DNA from: Escherichia coli
GTDB lineage: Bacteria > Pseudomonadota > Gammaproteobacteria > Enterobacterales > Enterobacteriaceae
Direction: 5' to 3' (one strand)
DNA length: 64,000 bases
Assembly (NCBI RefSeq): GCF_002854065.1
Contig: NZ_CP024147.1
The notes under the pieces were generated by a model. That model was not told where the DNA came from. It was given only the letters and a program-made list of their open reading frames with translations, and searched no databases. Shown here piece by piece: positions 29,455-39,496 of the stretch. Every line of letters begins with the position of its first letter. Positions within the stretch are counted from its first letter, which is position 1. The position numbers and the translations under genes are program-made.

Positions 29455-29817
29455 GGGGCTGATTCTGGATTCGACGGGATTTGCGAAACCCAAGGTGCAT
29501 GCCGAGGGGCGGTTGGCCTCGTAAAAAGCCGCAAAAAATAGTCGCAAACGACGAAAACTACGCTTTAGCAGCTTAATAACCTGCTTAGAGCCCTCTCTCC
29601 CTAGCCTCCGCTCTTAGGACGGGGATCAAGAGAGGTCAAACCCAAAAGAGATCGCGTGGAAGCCCTGCCTGGGGTTGAAGCGTTAAAACTTAATCAGGCT
29701 AGTTTGTTAGTGGCGTGTCCGTCCGCAGCTGGCAAGCGAATGTAAAGACTGACTAAGCATGTAGTACCGAGGATGTAGGAATTTCGGACGCGGGTTCAAC
29801 TCCCGCCAGCTCCACCA
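29455..29817 (+). ncRNA. ssrA: tmRNA (transfer-messenger RNA)
   Basis: ggggctgattctggattcgacggg ... gcgggttcaactcccgccagctccacca; internal tag reading frame gcaaacgacgaaaactacgctttagcagcttaa (ANDENYALAA-stop). Confidence 0.95.
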
Positions 29818-30020
29818 AAATTCTCCATCGGTGATTACCAGAGTCATCCGATGAAGTCCTAAGAGCCCGCACGGCGCAAGCCCTGCGGGCTTTTTTGTGC
29901 CCTGAATTTGTCCCGCGAAGTCCGAAGAGAACTAATTAAATCCGAACCTTTTAGGCCCATTGATAGGCCCAACGAAAAGCTCTATTGTTTTCGTTGGGCC
30001 TAAACGCATGGAGACTCCCC

Positions 30021-31262
30021 ATGGCAAGAAAAACCAAGCCGTTAACCGATACGGAAATCAAAGCCGCCAAACCTAAAGATGCCGATTACCAGCTGTATGA
30101 TGGTGACGGGCTTACTCTGCTAATCAAGTCCAGCGGTAGTAAGCTCTGGCAGTTCCGTTACTATCGACCTCTGACCAAGCAGCGAACCAAGCAGAGCTTC
30201 GGAGCCTATCCAGCCGTCTCCCTTTCTGATGCGCGTAAACTCAGAGCTGAATCTCGAGCTTTGTTGGCGAAAGACATTGATCCTCAGGAACATCAGAAAG
30301 AACAGGTGAGAAATTCTCAAGAGGCCAAAACCAACACTTTCCGGTTAGTTGCCGAGCGTTGGTGGAATGTGAAGAAAGCCAGCGTAACAGAGGACTATGC
30401 CGACGATATCTGGCGCTCGCTTGAGAGGGATGTTCTCCCGGCAATCGGTGATATCAGTGTCACTGAGATTAAGGCTCATACTTTGGTTAAAGCAGTTCAT
30501 CCGGTTCAGGCCAGAGGTGCATTAGAGACAGTCCGCCGCCTTTGTCAGCGTATTAACGAAGTCATGATTTATGCGCAGAACACAGGCCTGATTGATGCGG
30601 TTCCCAGCGTAAACATCGGGAAAGCATTCGAGAAACCGCAAAAGAAAAACATGCCAAGCATCCACCCAGGTCAACTTCCACAGCTAATGCAGACTATGCG
30701 TACGGCAAGTATCAGCCTGTCCACACGATGCCTGTTCATGTGGCAGCTTCTCACCATCACCCGCCCTGCCGAAGCTGCTGAGGCTCGATGGGATGAGATC
30801 GATTTCGATGCTAGCGAATGGAAAATTCCAGCTGCTCGAATGAAGATGAATCGGGAGCATACGGTTCCATTATCTGATGGAGCTCTCGCTATTCTGGAAA
30901 TAATGAAGTCTCTCAGCGGTGGTCGAGAATTTATCTTTCCCAGTCGCATTAAGCCTACCCAGCCGATGAACAGCCAGACAGTAAATGCAGCCCTTAAGCG
31001 TGCTGGTTTAGGAGGCGTACTCGTTTCACACGGCTTACGTTCTATTGCCAGTACGGCACTCAATGAGGAAGGATTTCCGCCTGATGTTATTGAGGCTGCA
31101 CTTGCTCATGTAGATAAGAATGAGGTACGTCGCGCTTACAATCGAAGTGACTATCTTGAGCAACGACGACCGATGATGCAGTGGTGGGCTGATTTTGTTA
31201 AAGCAGCAGATAGCGGCAGTATCGTGAATAGTGGGGTTAGGGGAATACGTCTTGTAGGATGA
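30021..31262 (+). CDS. intA: P4-type tyrosine integrase (prophage remnant at the ssrA attachment site)
   Basis: Start moved to MARKTKPLTDTEIKAAKPKDADYQLYDGDGLTL... (413 aa); C-terminal catalytic region includes HGLRS and a tyrosine near the end. Confidence 0.9.
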   Translation: MARKTKPLTDTEIKAAKPKDADYQLYDGDGLTLLIKSSGSKLWQFRYYRPLTKQRTKQSFGAYPAVSLSDARKLRAESRALLAKDIDPQEHQKEQVRNSQEAKTNTFRLVAERWWNVKKASVTEDYADDIWRSLERDVLPAIGDISVTEIKAHTLVKAVHPVQARGALETVRRLCQRINEVMIYAQNTGLIDAVPSVNIGKAFEKPQKKNMPSIHPGQLPQLMQTMRTASISLSTRCLFMWQLLTITRPAEAAEARWDEIDFDASEWKIPAARMKMNREHTVPLSDGALAILEIMKSLSGGREFIFPSRIKPTQPMNSQTVNAALKRAGLGGVLVSHGLRSIASTALNEEGFPPDVIEAALAHVDKNEVRRAYNRSDYLEQRRPMMQWWADFVKAADSGSIVNSGVRGIRLVG

Positions 31263-31536
31263 ATCCTTTATCAGCACCCATTATGGGTGCTGATAACTCA
31301 CCTATAGGTAATACGGAATTTTACCCTTTGGTTTTCTTTTTTCTAGTAACCGTATTATCGAAAGCCAATTTGATACTCTCAATATTTCTTGACCAGTTTT
31401 TTATAATGGTATCTGCCAATGCATCAGGGCTCATTGTTGATATCCGATATTTTTTACTTTGATTATTAATTTCAAAATTTGGGTGATGCTGCCAACTTAC
31501 TGATTTAGTGTATGATGGTGTTTTTGAGGTGCTCCA

Positions 31537-31812
31537 GTGGCTTCTGTTTCTATCAGCTGTCCCTCCTGTTCAGCTACTGACGGGGTGGTGCGTAACGGCA
31601 AAAGCACTGCCGGACATCAGCGCTATCTCTGCTCTCACTGCCGTAAAACATGGCAACTGCAGTTCACTTACACCGCTTCTCAACCCGGTACGCACCAGAA
31701 AATCATTGATATGGCCATGAATGGCGTTGGATGCCGGGCAACCGCCCGCATTATGGGCGTTGGCCTCAACACGATTTTCCGCCATTTAAAAAACTCAGGC
31801 CGCAGTCGGTAA
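31537..31812 (+). CDS. insA: IS1 InsA (transposition inhibitor; N-terminal part of the InsAB' transposase)
   Basis: 91-aa [68 protein letters not shown]...; the -1 frameshift site A6C (ttaaaaaactc) lies near 31788-31794. Confidence 0.9.
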   Translation: MASVSISCPSCSATDGVVRNGKSTAGHQRYLCSHCRKTWQLQFTYTASQPGTHQKIIDMAMNGVGCRATARIMGVGLNTIFRHLKNSGRSR

Positions 31813-32234
31813 CCTCGCGCATACAGCCGGGCAGTGACGTCATCGTCTGCGCGGAAATGGACGAACAGTGGGGATACGTCGGGGCTAAATCGCGCCAGCG
31901 CTGGCTGTTTTACGCGTATGACAGGCTCCGGAAGACGGTTGTTGCGCACGTATTCGGTGAACGCACTATGGCGACGCTGGGGCGTCTTATGAGCCTGCTG
32001 TCACCCTTTGACGTGGTGATATGGATGACGGATGGCTGGCCGCTGTATGAATCCCGCCTGAAGGGAAAGCTGCACGTAATCAGCAAGCGATATACGCAGC
32101 GAATTGAGCGGCATAACCTGAATCTGAGGCAGCACCTGGCACGGCTGGGACGGAAGTCGCTGTCGTTCTCAAAATCGGTGGAGCTGCATGACAAAGTCAT
32201 CGGGCATTATCTGAACATAAAACACTATCAATAA
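31731..32234 (+). CDS. insB: IS1 InsB reading frame (expressed as InsAB' by -1 frameshift)
   Basis: 167-aa ORF overlapping the insA 3-prime end in the -1 frame. Confidence 0.9.
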   Translation: MPGNRPHYGRWPQHDFPPFKKLRPQSVTSRIQPGSDVIVCAEMDEQWGYVGAKSRQRWLFYAYDRLRKTVVAHVFGERTMATLGRLMSLLSPFDVVIWMTDGWPLYESRLKGKLHVISKRYTQRIERHNLNLRQHLARLGRKSLSFSKSVELHDKVIGHYLNIKHYQ

Positions 32235-32249
32235 GTTGGAGTCATTACC

Positions 32250-33713
32250 GAAAAAGGTTACTGGTTTCACGCTTATCAACCCGAAGATCTTTGTACCATC
32301 CACAATCCAATGGGAGATTTGCAGGATTTTATCGCATTGGTTAAAGATGCTAAAAAATTTGGTATCGATATCATTCCTGATTATACCTTTAACTTTATGG
32401 GAATCGGGGGTAGTAGTAAAAATGACCTGGATTATCCCTCTGCTGATATACGAGCGAAGATCAGTAAAGATATAGAAGGTGGTATCCCTGGCTATTGGCA
32501 AGGTCAGGTTTTGATTCCATTTATTATCGATCCAGTAACAAAAGAACGTAAACAAATCCATCCAGAAGATATACATCTCACTGCAAAAGACTTCGAAGCT
32601 AGTAAAGATAATATTTCTAAGGATGAATGGGAAAACCTCCATGCATTAAAAGAAAAGCGTTTAAACGGAATGCCTAAAACAACCCCAAAAAGTGACCAGG
32701 TTATTATGCTGCAAAATCAATACGTTCGTGAAATGCGAAAATATGGCGTACGAGGTTTACGTTATGATGCGGCAAAACACTCAAAACATGAACAAATAGA
32801 AAGATCAATAACCCCACCGCTTAAAAATTATAATGAGCGATTACACAATACTAACTTATTTAACCCAAAATATCATGAAAAAGTCGTTATGAATTACATG
32901 GAATATCTGGTAACTTGCCAGTTGGATGAACAACAAATGTCATCGCTACTTTATGAAAGAGATGATTTAAGCGCCATTGATTTTTCATTGCTCATGAAGA
33001 CGATAAAAGCCTTTTCATTTGGTGGCGATCTCCAAACCCTTGCATCAAAACCGGGTTCCACAATCTCAAGCATCCCATCAGAAAGACGGATATTGATTAA
33101 CATTAACCACGATTTTCCTAACAATGGCAATCTTTTCAATGACTTTCTATTTAACCATCAACAAGATGAACAATTAGCAATGGCATATATGGCCGCTCTC
33201 CCGTTCAGCAGGCCTTTAGTTTACTGGGATGGCCAAGTATTAAAATCAACGACTGAAATTAAAAATGATGATGGGTCGACGCGTGTCGGCGGTGAGGCGT
33301 GGCTTAATAAAGGTTGCTCTACCTATCAGCAGCTCTACAATGAATTCCACGCATTATATATAGATAAAGCAGGAATATGGAGCGCATTTGAGGGTGTATT
33401 TGCAACTAAAAACGTTCTGGCCTTTAGTCGTGGGGATTCTGTGAATATTAATCACTCTCCTCATGACGGACTAGTTATAATAAATAAAGGAAACGAAGAA
33501 GTTGAAGGTACCTGGCCTAACAAATTGCAACCTGGAAAATATAAAAACATGGGGAGTAATAGCGTTAACATTATTATTAATAATACCCGAAAATTTATCC
33601 CCCCTGGTAAAGTATTTACGCTTAGAGGCGGAACTCTAAATATCAATATTCCTGGGCGTAGCGCTCTTCTTTTAGGGAAAACAGGAGAACTGCCGAACTA
33701 TCTCTATTTGTAA
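32250..33713 (+). pseudogene. 5-prime-truncated glycoside hydrolase family 13 (alpha-amylase-like) gene, cut by IS1
   Basis: Frame is open from the IS1 boundary; GH13-like conserved blocks GDLQDFIALVKDAKKFGIDIIPD, GLRYDAAKH and ININHD are present but the N-terminal part of the barrel is missing; no Shine-Dalgarno before the first ATG (32310). Confidence 0.6.
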
Positions 33714-33725
33714 TTTAATGTTATA

Positions 33726-33749
33726 TCTGCCCCGCTAAAACGGGGCAGA
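33726..33749 (+). terminator. Perfect dyad after the GH13 fragment
   Basis: atctgccccg-ctaaaa-cggggcagat, 10-bp perfect arms; no strong T-run follows. Confidence 0.4.
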
Positions 33750-34006
33750 TAATATGTTTAGTTTACTGACGGTCATTTTGCAGTGAAGCCATTTACTGTT
33801 TTTTATCGACCAGATAATCTGTTCTCTGATGGTAATTCCCCCCTAACCTGTTGCTTTAGTTATTCATTTCCTGTCTCACTTTGCCTTAATACCCTACGTT
33901 AAATGTTACTAATTTGTTGTTTTTGATCACAATAAGTAAACAATATGTCGCTTTTGTGCGCATTTTTCAGAAATGTAGATATTTTTAGATTATGGCTACG
34001 AAATGA

Positions 34007-35026
<1,020 letters not shown>

Positions 35027-35045
35027 GCGCAAAGGAATTGAGCGG

Positions 35046-36314
35046 ATGTATGATTTTGTGATTATTGGCGGCGGCATCATCGGCATGTCGACCGCCATGC
35101 AACTGATTGATGTCTACCCGGACGCCCGCATTGCGTTGCTGGAAAAAGAGTCCGGCCCGGCCTGTCACCAGACGGGCCACAACAGCGGCGTGATCCATGC
35201 CGGGGTTTATTACACGCCCGGCAGTCTGAAGGCGCAGTTTTGCCTGGCGGGAAACCGCGCCACCAAAGCCTTTTGCGATCAAAACGGCATTCGCTACGAC
35301 AACTGCGGCAAGATGCTGGTCGCCACGTCTGAACTCGAAATGGAACGGATGCGCGCCTTATGGGAACGCACGGCGGCGAACGGCATCGAGCGCGAGTGGT
35401 TAAACGCCGATGAACTGCGCGAGCGCGAACCGAATATCACCGGGCTTGGCGGTATTTTTGTGCCGTCCAGCGGCATTGTCAGCTACCGCGAAGTCACGGC
35501 GGCGATGGCAAAAATCTTCCAGGCCAGAGGCGGCGAGATTATCTATAACGCCGAAGTCAGCGCCCTCAGTGAGCATAAAAACGGCGTGGTGATACGTACC
35601 CGTCAGGGCGGTGAATATGAAGCATCGACGCTGATTAGCTGCTCCGGGCTGATGGCTGACCGGCTGGTGAAAATGCTCGGCCTCGAACCGGGCTTTATTA
35701 TCTGCCCGTTCCGTGGCGAGTATTTCCGCCTGGCGCCGGAGCATAACCAGATTGTTAACCATCTGATTTACCCCATTCCCGATCCGGCAATGCCGTTTTT
35801 GGGCGTTCATCTCACCCGCATGATCGACGGTAGCGTCACCGTTGGGCCAAACGCAGTGCTGGCGTTCAAACGCGAAGGCTATCGCAAGCGCGACTTCTCA
35901 TTTAGCGACACGCTGGAGATTTTAGGCTCGTCGGGGATTCGCCGGGTGCTGCAAAACCATCTACGCTCAGGACTGGGCGAGATGAAAAACTCGCTGTGCA
36001 AAAGCGGCTATCTGCGGCTGGTGCAAAAGTATTGTCCCCGGCTTTCGTTAAGCGATCTCCAGCCCTGGCCCGCCGGTGTGCGGGCGCAGGCGGTATCGCC
36101 GGACGGCAAGCTGATTGACGATTTTCTGTTTGTCACCACCCCGCGCACGATCCACACCTGCAATGCGCCCTCCCCGGCAGCGACATCAGCAATTCCTATT
36201 GGTGCGCATATTGTCAGCAAGGTACAAACGCTGTTGGCAAGCCAGAGTAACCCCGGACGCACGCTGCGAGCGGCACGTAGTGTGGATGCCTTACACGCCG
36301 CATTTAATCAATAA
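35046..36314 (+). CDS. lhgO: L-2-hydroxyglutarate oxidase/dehydrogenase (FAD)
   Basis: Start moved to MYDFVIIGGGIIGMSTAMQL (FAD-binding GxGxxG), 422 aa. Confidence 0.9.
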   Translation: MYDFVIIGGGIIGMSTAMQLIDVYPDARIALLEKESGPACHQTGHNSGVIHAGVYYTPGSLKAQFCLAGNRATKAFCDQNGIRYDNCGKMLVATSELEMERMRALWERTAANGIEREWLNADELREREPNITGLGGIFVPSSGIVSYREVTAAMAKIFQARGGEIIYNAEVSALSEHKNGVVIRTRQGGEYEASTLISCSGLMADRLVKMLGLEPGFIICPFRGEYFRLAPEHNQIVNHLIYPIPDPAMPFLGVHLTRMIDGSVTVGPNAVLAFKREGYRKRDFSFSDTLEILGSSGIRRVLQNHLRSGLGEMKNSLCKSGYLRLVQKYCPRLSLSDLQPWPAGVRAQAVSPDGKLIDDFLFVTTPRTIHTCNAPSPAATSAIPIGAHIVSKVQTLLASQSNPGRTLRAARSVDALHAAFNQ

Positions 36315-36336
36315 CCTTTGAAAACAGGATGTAGCG

Positions 36337-37785
36337 ATGAAACTGAACGACAGTAACTTATTCCGCCAGCAGGCGTTGATTAACGGGGAATGGCTGGACG
36401 CCAACAATGGTGAAGTCATCGACGTCACCAATCCGACGAACGGCGACAAGCTGGGTAGCGTGCCGAAAATGGGCGCTGATGAAACCCGCGCCGCTATCGA
36501 CGCCGCCAACCGCGCCCTGCCCGCCTGGCATGCGCTCACCGCCAAAGAACGCGCCAACATTCTGCGCAACTGGTTCAATTTGATGATGGAGCATCAGGAC
36601 GATTTAGCGCGCCTGATGACCCTCGAACAGGGCAAACCACTGGCTGAAGCGAAAGGTGAAATCAGCTACGCCGCCTCCTTTATTGAGTGGTTTGCCGAAG
36701 AAGGCAAACGCATTTATGGCGACACCATTCCCGGTCATCAGGCCGATAAACGCCTGATTGTTATCAAGCAGCCGATTGGCGTCACCGCGGCTATCACGCC
36801 GTGGAACTTCCCGGCGGCGATGATTACCCGTAAAGCCGGCCCGGCGCTGGCGGCTGGCTGCACGATGGTGCTGAAGCCCGCCAGTCAGACGCCGTTCTCT
36901 GCGTTGGCGCTGGCAGAGCTGGCGATCCGCGCGGGCATTCCGGCTGGCGTGTTTAACGTGGTCACCGGTTCGGCGGGCGCGGTGGGTAATGAACTGACCA
37001 GCAACCCGCTGGTACGCAAACTGTCGTTTACCGGCTCGACCGAAATTGGCCGCCAGTTAATGGAACAGTGCGCGAAAGACATCAAAAAAGTGTCGCTGGA
37101 GCTGGGCGGCAACGCGCCGTTTATCGTCTTTGACGATGCCGATCTCGATAAAGCCGTGGAAGGCGCACTGGCCTCGAAATTCCGCAACGCCGGGCAAACC
37201 TGCGTCTGCGCCAACCGTTTATACGTGCAGGACGGCGTGTATGACCGCTTTGCCGAAAAATTGCAGCAGGCGGTGAGCAAACTGCACATCGGTGACGGGC
37301 TGGAGAAAGGCGTCACTATCGGGCCGCTGATTGATGAAAAAGCAGTAGCAAAAGTAGAAGAGCATATTGCCGATGCGCTGGAGAAAGGCGCACGCGTGGT
37401 TTGCGGTGGTAAAGCACACGAACGCGGCGGTAACTTCTTCCAGCCGACCATTCTGGTGGACGTTCCAGCCAACGCCAAAGTGTCGAAAGAAGAGACGTTC
37501 GGCCCCCTCGCCCCGCTGTTCCGTTTTAAAGATGAAGCCGATGTGATCGCGCAAGCCAATGACACCGAGTTTGGTCTTGCCGCCTATTTCTACGCCCGTG
37601 ATTTAAGCCGCGTCTTCCGCGTGGGCGAAGCGCTGGAGTACGGCATCGTCGGCATCAATACCGGGATTATTTCCAATGAAGTGGCCCCGTTCGGCGGCAT
37701 TAAAGCCTCGGGGCTGGGTCGTGAAGGTTCGAAGTATGGCATCGAAGATTACTTAGAAATCAAATATATGTGCATCGGTCTTTAA
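36337..37785 (+). CDS. gabD: Succinate-semialdehyde dehydrogenase (NADP+)
   Basis: 482-aa aldehyde dehydrogenase family ORF; operon context. Confidence 0.95.
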   Translation: MKLNDSNLFRQQALINGEWLDANNGEVIDVTNPTNGDKLGSVPKMGADETRAAIDAANRALPAWHALTAKERANILRNWFNLMMEHQDDLARLMTLEQGKPLAEAKGEISYAASFIEWFAEEGKRIYGDTIPGHQADKRLIVIKQPIGVTAAITPWNFPAAMITRKAGPALAAGCTMVLKPASQTPFSALALAELAIRAGIPAGVFNVVTGSAGAVGNELTSNPLVRKLSFTGSTEIGRQLMEQCAKDIKKVSLELGGNAPFIVFDDADLDKAVEGALASKFRNAGQTCVCANRLYVQDGVYDRFAEKLQQAVSKLHIGDGLEKGVTIGPLIDEKAVAKVEEHIADALEKGARVVCGGKAHERGGNFFQPTILVDVPANAKVSKEETFGPLAPLFRFKDEADVIAQANDTEFGLAAYFYARDLSRVFRVGEALEYGIVGINTGIISNEVAPFGGIKASGLGREGSKYGIEDYLEIKYMCIGL

Positions 37786-37798
37786 CTGGAGAATGCGA

Positions 37799-39079
37799 AT
37801 GAGCAGCAATAAAGAGTTAATGCAGCGCCGCAGTCAGGCGATTCCCCGTGGCGTTGGGCAAATTCACCCCATTTTCGCTGATCGCGCGGAAAACTGCCGG
37901 GTGTGGGACGTTGAAGGCCGTGAGTATCTTGATTTCGCGGGCGGCATTGCGGTGCTCAATACCGGGCACCTGCATCCGAAAGTGGTTGCGGCAGTGGAAG
38001 CGCAGTTGAAAAAACTGTCGCACACCTGCTTCCAGGTGCTGGCCTACGAGCCGTATCTGGAGCTGTGCGAGATTATGAATCAGAAGGTGCCAGGCGATTT
38101 CGCCAAGAAAACGCTGCTGGTTACGACCGGTTCCGAAGCGGTGGAAAACGCGGTGAAAATCGCCCGCGCCGCCACCAAACGTAGCGGCACCATCGCTTTT
38201 AGCGGCGCGTATCACGGGCGCACGCATTACACGCTGGCGCTGACCGGCAAGGTGAATCCGTACTCTGCGGGCATGGGCCTGATGCCAGGGCACGTTTATC
38301 GCGCGCTTTATCCTTGCCCACTGCACGGCATCAGTGAAGATGATGCTATCGCCAGTATCCACCGAATTTTTAAAAATGATGCGGCGCCGGAAGATATTGC
38401 CGCCATCGTGATTGAGCCGGTTCAGGGCGAAGGCGGTTTCTACGCCGCTACGCCAGCTTTTATGCAGCGTTTACGCGCGCTGTGTGACGAGCACGGGATC
38501 ATGCTGATTGCCGATGAAGTGCAGAGCGGCGCGGGGCGTACCGGCACGCTGTTTGCGATGGAGCAAATGGGCGTGGCACCAGATCTCACCACCTTTGCGA
38601 AATCGATCGCAGGCGGTTTCCCGCTGGCGGGCGTCACCGGGCGCGCCGAAGTGATGGATGCCGTCGCACCGGGCGGGCTGGGCGGCACCTATGCCGGTAA
38701 CCCGATTGCCTGCGTGGCGGCGCTGGAAGTGTTGAAGGTGTTCGAGCAGGAAAATCTGCTGCAAAAAGCTAACGTTCTGGGGCAGAAGTTGAAAGACGGA
38801 TTGTTGGCGATCGCCGAAAAACACACTGAGATCGGCGACGTACGCGGCCTGGGGGCGATGATCGCCATCGAGCTGTTTGAAGATGGCGATCACAACAAGC
38901 CGGACGCCAAACTCACCGCCGAGATCGTGGCGCGCGCCCGCGATAAAGGTCTGATTCTTCTCTCGTGCGGCCCGTATTACAACGTGCTGCGCATCCTTGT
39001 ACCGCTCACCATTGAAGATGCTCAGATTCGTCAGGGTCTGGAGATCATCAGCCAGTGTTTTGCTGAGGCGAAGCAGTAG
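37799..39079 (+). CDS. gabT: 4-aminobutyrate aminotransferase (PLP)
   Basis: Start moved to MSSNKELMQRRSQAIPRGVGQ (426 aa); GGAG lies 8 nt upstream. Confidence 0.93.
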   Translation: MSSNKELMQRRSQAIPRGVGQIHPIFADRAENCRVWDVEGREYLDFAGGIAVLNTGHLHPKVVAAVEAQLKKLSHTCFQVLAYEPYLELCEIMNQKVPGDFAKKTLLVTTGSEAVENAVKIARAATKRSGTIAFSGAYHGRTHYTLALTGKVNPYSAGMGLMPGHVYRALYPCPLHGISEDDAIASIHRIFKNDAAPEDIAAIVIEPVQGEGGFYAATPAFMQRLRALCDEHGIMLIADEVQSGAGRTGTLFAMEQMGVAPDLTTFAKSIAGGFPLAGVTGRAEVMDAVAPGGLGGTYAGNPIACVAALEVLKVFEQENLLQKANVLGQKLKDGLLAIAEKHTEIGDVRGLGAMIAIELFEDGDHNKPDAKLTAEIVARARDKGLILLSCGPYYNVLRILVPLTIEDAQIRQGLEIISQCFAEAKQ

Positions 39080-39084
39080 CACCG

Positions 39085-39352
39085 CCCCCATGCCGGAGGC
39101 GACGCTGCGCGTCTTGTCCGGCCTACGAGAGTGTAGGTCGGATAAGGCGTTTACGCCGCATCCGACAATCGGCGCACCCTGCCGGAGGCGATGCTTACGC
39201 GTCTTGTCCGGCCTACGGAAATGTAGATCGGATAAGGCGTTTACGCCGCATCCGACATTCGGCGCATCCATGCCGGAGGCGACGCTGCGCGTCTTGTCCG
39301 GCCTACGAGAGTGTAGGTCGGATAAGGCGTTTACGCCGCATCCTACAATCTG
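39085..39352. repeat. Three tandem REP/BIME units (about 90-bp period)
   Basis: gccggaggcgacgctgcgcgtcttgtccggcctac...taggtcggataaggcgtttacgccgcatccgaca occurs three times with small differences. Confidence 0.85.
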
Positions 39353-39496
39353 TACGTGAACAGGAAGAAATCTATGTTGGCCGGGTAAGGCGGAGCCGCT
39401 CTCCGGCAAAAAGAATCAATAACAATTATACGCGTGACCCGACGCGGGAAATGTCGGGGCGCTCTCCCAAGTGACACACTTTCGAGAGGATTCAGG

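Larger units (their letters stand above)
31482..32249 (+). mobile_element. IS1 insertion sequence (768 bp)
   Basis: Begins ggtgatgctgccaacttactgatttagtgtatgatggtg and ends ...caataagttggagtcattacc; insA and insB fall at the expected offsets (56 and 250). Confidence 0.92.

Noticed and set aside
31259-31462. 67-aa plus-strand ORF between the integrase and IS1
   Set aside because: AT-rich remnant sequence, no Shine-Dalgarno, and the frame ends just before IS1; more likely a fragment of prophage non-coding or antisense sequence.
29818-33713. Intact prophage or integrative element at ssrA
   Set aside because: Only the integrase is present; no excisionase, repressor, structural or cargo genes follow, and the region runs directly into IS1 and chromosomal genes.
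36885-37565. 226-aa minus-strand ORF
   Set aside because: Antisense to gabD; serine/alanine-rich low-complexity translation.
39085-39352. Possible CRISPR array (regular repeats)
   Set aside because: The units are about 77 bp palindromic REP sequences separated by about 13 bp, not short repeats with unique spacers, and there are no cas genes nearby.
38997-39359. 120-aa plus-strand ORF with a thrice-repeated peptide
   Set aside because: It is the translation of three tandem REP elements; the repetition is in palindromic non-coding DNA.
38471-39409. 312-aa minus-strand ORF
   Set aside because: Antisense to gabT and running through the REP array; GC-rich antisense frame with no start context.
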